A stretch of 63,398 nucleotides of DNA, counting the filler, from Octopus bimaculoides (lineage: Eukaryota): NCBI RefSeq assembly GCF_001194135.2. It is 5 parts of 5 records of this genome, joined end to end, with 100 filler letters (N's around TTAATTAATTAA, not from the genome) between each part and the next. Parts side by side here need not be neighbours in the genome. Positions count along the whole stretch, not along the records: positions 60,015 to 63,398 come from NC_068982.1; 4 more parts are not named here. The stretch is one strand, 5' to 3'. How positions within the stretch are numbered: position 1 is the first letter of the stretch; every line of letters begins with the position of its first letter. Both the position numbers and the translations under genes were made by a program. The notes beneath the pieces were generated by a model, which had not been told where the DNA came from, searched no databases, and was given only the letters and a program-made list of their open reading frames with translations. Below, piece by piece: positions 60,440 through 63,398 of this stretch.

Positions 60440-61920
60440 CTTGTATTAAAACAACAACAGTAATACAACTACAAAACACCACACCATCATACCTGTCCTC
60501 ACACCCACTCCAGCACTACTACTGCTACCACTAGCATTACCATTAGTACGCATACCATCACAACCATCATGACCTCCATTGGAACAACCCAGTATTACAA
60601 CACCCATGACAATGACTATTATTACAACAAGTACAAGCACTATCGTTCCCACCACAACCACCACCACCACCACCACCACTACCACCACTACTACTACCAC
60701 CATCATTACCATCACCATCATTACCATTACAATCATTACTATTGCCTCATTACTACCACATCATTACCAGCAACACAACTACATCCACAATCAACTTCTG
60801 TAATCACCACCACCATTGCGATCAACATTACCAACAAAGAAATCACTTCCACCACCACCACCACCACCACCACCACCAAAACATCAACAACAACAACAAC
60901 AACAAATACAAGAACAAACGCAGAAACAACAACGCAAGCAAACAATAACACTACTGTTTACAGCCAGTTCCACTCCCATAACAACAGACGAATTCTGTTG
61001 GCAAATTCACAAATACAAACGAATCACCTCCATCATTACAACACAACACAACACAACATATCTACCAACACCATTACCCTCACCACCACCACGATCAGGC
61101 CACCACCACCGCTGCCACCGCCACCACTGCCGCCGCCTCCACCGCCGCCGCCTCCACNNNNNNNNNNNNNNNNNNNNNNNNNNNNNNNNNNNNNNNNNNN
61201 NNNNNNNNNNNNNNNNNNNNNNNNNNNNNNNNNNNNNNNNNNNNNNNNNNNNNNNNNNNNNNNNNNNNNNNNNNNNNNNNNNNNNNNNNNNNNNNNNNNN
61301 NNNNNNNNNNNNNNNNNNNNNNNNNNNNNNNNNNNNNNNNNNNNNNNNNNNNNNNNNNNNNNNNNNNNNNNNNNNNNNNNNNNNNNNNNNNNNNNNNNNN
61401 NNNNNNNNNNNNNNNNNNNNNNNNNNNNNNNNNNNNNNNNNNNNNNNNNNNNNNNNNNNNNNNNNNNNNNNNNNNNNNNNNNNNNNNNNNNNNNNNNNNN
61501 NNNNNNNNNNNNNNNNNNNNNNNNNNNNNNNNNNNNNNNNNNNNNNNNNNNNNNNNNNNNNNNNNNNNNNNNNNNNNNNNNNNNNNNNNNNNNNNNNNNN
61601 NNNNNNNNNNNNNNNNNNNNNNNNNNNNNNNNNNNNNNNNNNNNNNNNNNNNNNNNNNNNNNNNNNNNNNNNNNNNNNNNNNNNNNNNNNNNNNNNNNNN
61701 NNNNNNNNNNNNNNNNNNNNNNNNNNNNNNNNACCACCAGTATCAGCACCAGCACCAAGACCACCACCACCACCACCACCATCACCACCACCACCACCAA
61801 CGCTACCGCAAATGCAATCGTTACGACCATCATTTCACTACCACCAATACTACAACTATACCAATTGCCGTATGTCACTCCCAACCCACACCACTCAGTA
61901 TCATTAGATGAGAGCAGCTA
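60440..61920. repeat. Degenerate (ACC/ACA/CCG/ACT)n low-complexity tract around a gap
   Basis: Direct reading; open frames arise on both strands and in several frames. Confidence 0.85.
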
Positions 61921-63082
61921 GTTTTGACAAACATTTTTTTTGCTTCATTCCTATTCACTTCATACCATATTCTTTGTTTTTTGTTTCTGTTTTTTTTTTG
62001 TTTCTTTATTTCTTCTATACATTTCTTTCATTTCTTTATATATTGGCCTCCGTTTTCGTTTCTTCCTTCTTTTTTCTTTACCTTTTTTTCTTTTTCTTTC
62101 CTTCTGCCTTTCGTTCCAACAATTAGAAGCCAGTTTCGATGTTCAAAAACTATTTATCAAATATTAAAAACATCATAGTTTATAAACAGCATTTCATGTG
62201 GACAATACGTAAATAATTTGACAACTAACACTGAGAAAAGGGTGGTGTACGAGTGTGTGTACGTAACTCTGTGTGTATGTATGTGTGCGTGAGATACAAT
62301 CACAACAACAATAACAACGACAACAACACCAACAATACCACCAAAAACAACGTCAACAATGAAAATAACAGCAATCGTTACAATAAGAACGACAGGAACA
62401 TCATCGATAATGATGATACCAAAAGCAACAATAAAACGGAACTAAGAGCAACTACACCAGCATACATAATAACAACGAAAACATCACCAGGAAAAATGAA
62501 TTCAACAAAAACATGAACAAGCAGAGCTATAACTACGAAGAAAAAAAACCCAAAAGTAAATTAAGATACTAAAATATACAATGGTAATATGATGGTGAAG
62601 AAAAGATAAATAGAACTAAGAAACACTATAACAATAGGTAGTTTGAGGTGGGGAGAGAGAGAAGGATATGATTGACGGAGAGACTGTAAGAGAGAGAAAG
62701 TGAGAGAGAGAGGGGTGTGTGAGAGAGGGGTGTGTGAGAGAAGGGTGTGTGAGAGAGACGGAGAATTGGAGTGTATTAAGTAATTGCTGAAAGTGGGTGG
62801 AGGGTAGAAATGGAGTGGAAGCGGTAAAGTAAGGAGAGAGAGAAAAAAAAAAGAGCTGAAGCTAAAAGAGGTAAAATATGTAATGAGAGAGAAAGAGAGT
62901 GAGGCAGAGAAAAAGTGAGAGGAAGAGGAAGAGAGAGGGAGAGAGAGAGAGAGAGGAAGAATATGAGAGTCAGAACAACATGCTCACATTCTCAAACGCA
63001 CGCACATACCCAGTGTACGGCACACACCCGCGCGTACACGCCCACCGTCTAATGCACATAAAGATAGATAGATAGATAGATA

Positions 63083-63250
63083 TGTTTTTATTATAGCCAC
63101 ACAGGGCTGAACACAGAAATTGGACGAAATACAAGCGTAGAGTTTTTCATTTTCGAGGTGGGCTGGGTGGGACACACAAAGAAAAGTCAAATCAATAGGG
63201 ATTGTAATCGTTGGGGTGTGTGGTGTACAAAAATTATAAATCTTCCCAAA
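63083..63250 (-). mobile_element. Possible retroposon 3' end
   Basis: T-rich start TATGTTTTTATTATAGCCACACAGGGCTGAACACAG next to (AGAT)n; similar to the alternative SINE A tail at 43415-43490. Confidence 0.3.
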
Positions 63251-63398
63251 AACGGGAATAAATATTGTTTACAGTTTAGGTGTATCCTTGGAGTGAAAAA
63301 CCTACAAAAAAGCACCAAGGTCACCTCAGGCAGTTCAAAATGTACATAAAAGTAAGTACCTTTTCTCTCGTTTTCTCTTTTTGTTACAAATTAATGCT

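Noticed and set aside
60569-61921. Thr/His/Pro-rich 450-aa mucin-like ORF
   Set aside because: Trinucleotide low complexity plus a large N-gap; overlapping frames are open on both strands.

Overview
Eukaryotic, AT-rich, heavily repetitive genomic DNA from a gapped draft assembly. The repeat families and microsatellite load look like a coleoid cephalopod, probably Octopus (inference from family recall, not a database hit). I find no intact host protein-coding gene, true tRNA/rRNA gene or CRISPR array. The window is a transposon graveyard with: (i) three tRNA-type SINE families (called A, B, C here); (ii) several R4/Dong-type non-LTR fragments with CCHC knuckle and restriction-like endonuclease, mostly inside (TAA)n arrays in a fixed orientation, alongside a ~550 bp non-coding element (F) with the same behaviour; (iii) Tx1/L1, RTE, Penelope-like and Ty3/gypsy RT relics; (iv) DD37D (maT) and mariner transposons, plus mariner-, piggyBac- and hAT-like MITEs and two long foldback palindromes. 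Best leads: a stack of (TAA)n-targeted elements at 31.1-33.4 kb, a minimal hammerhead-ribozyme-like motif with a variant core at 43.72 kb, nested insertions that give relative ages, a CpG-depleted block at ~51.6-59.9 kb, and a candidate ETS/CRE promoter patch at 41.1-41.3 kb. Most long ORFs in the supplied track are artefacts of N-gaps and microsatellites. Boundaries of degraded repeats are approximate and were read by eye.
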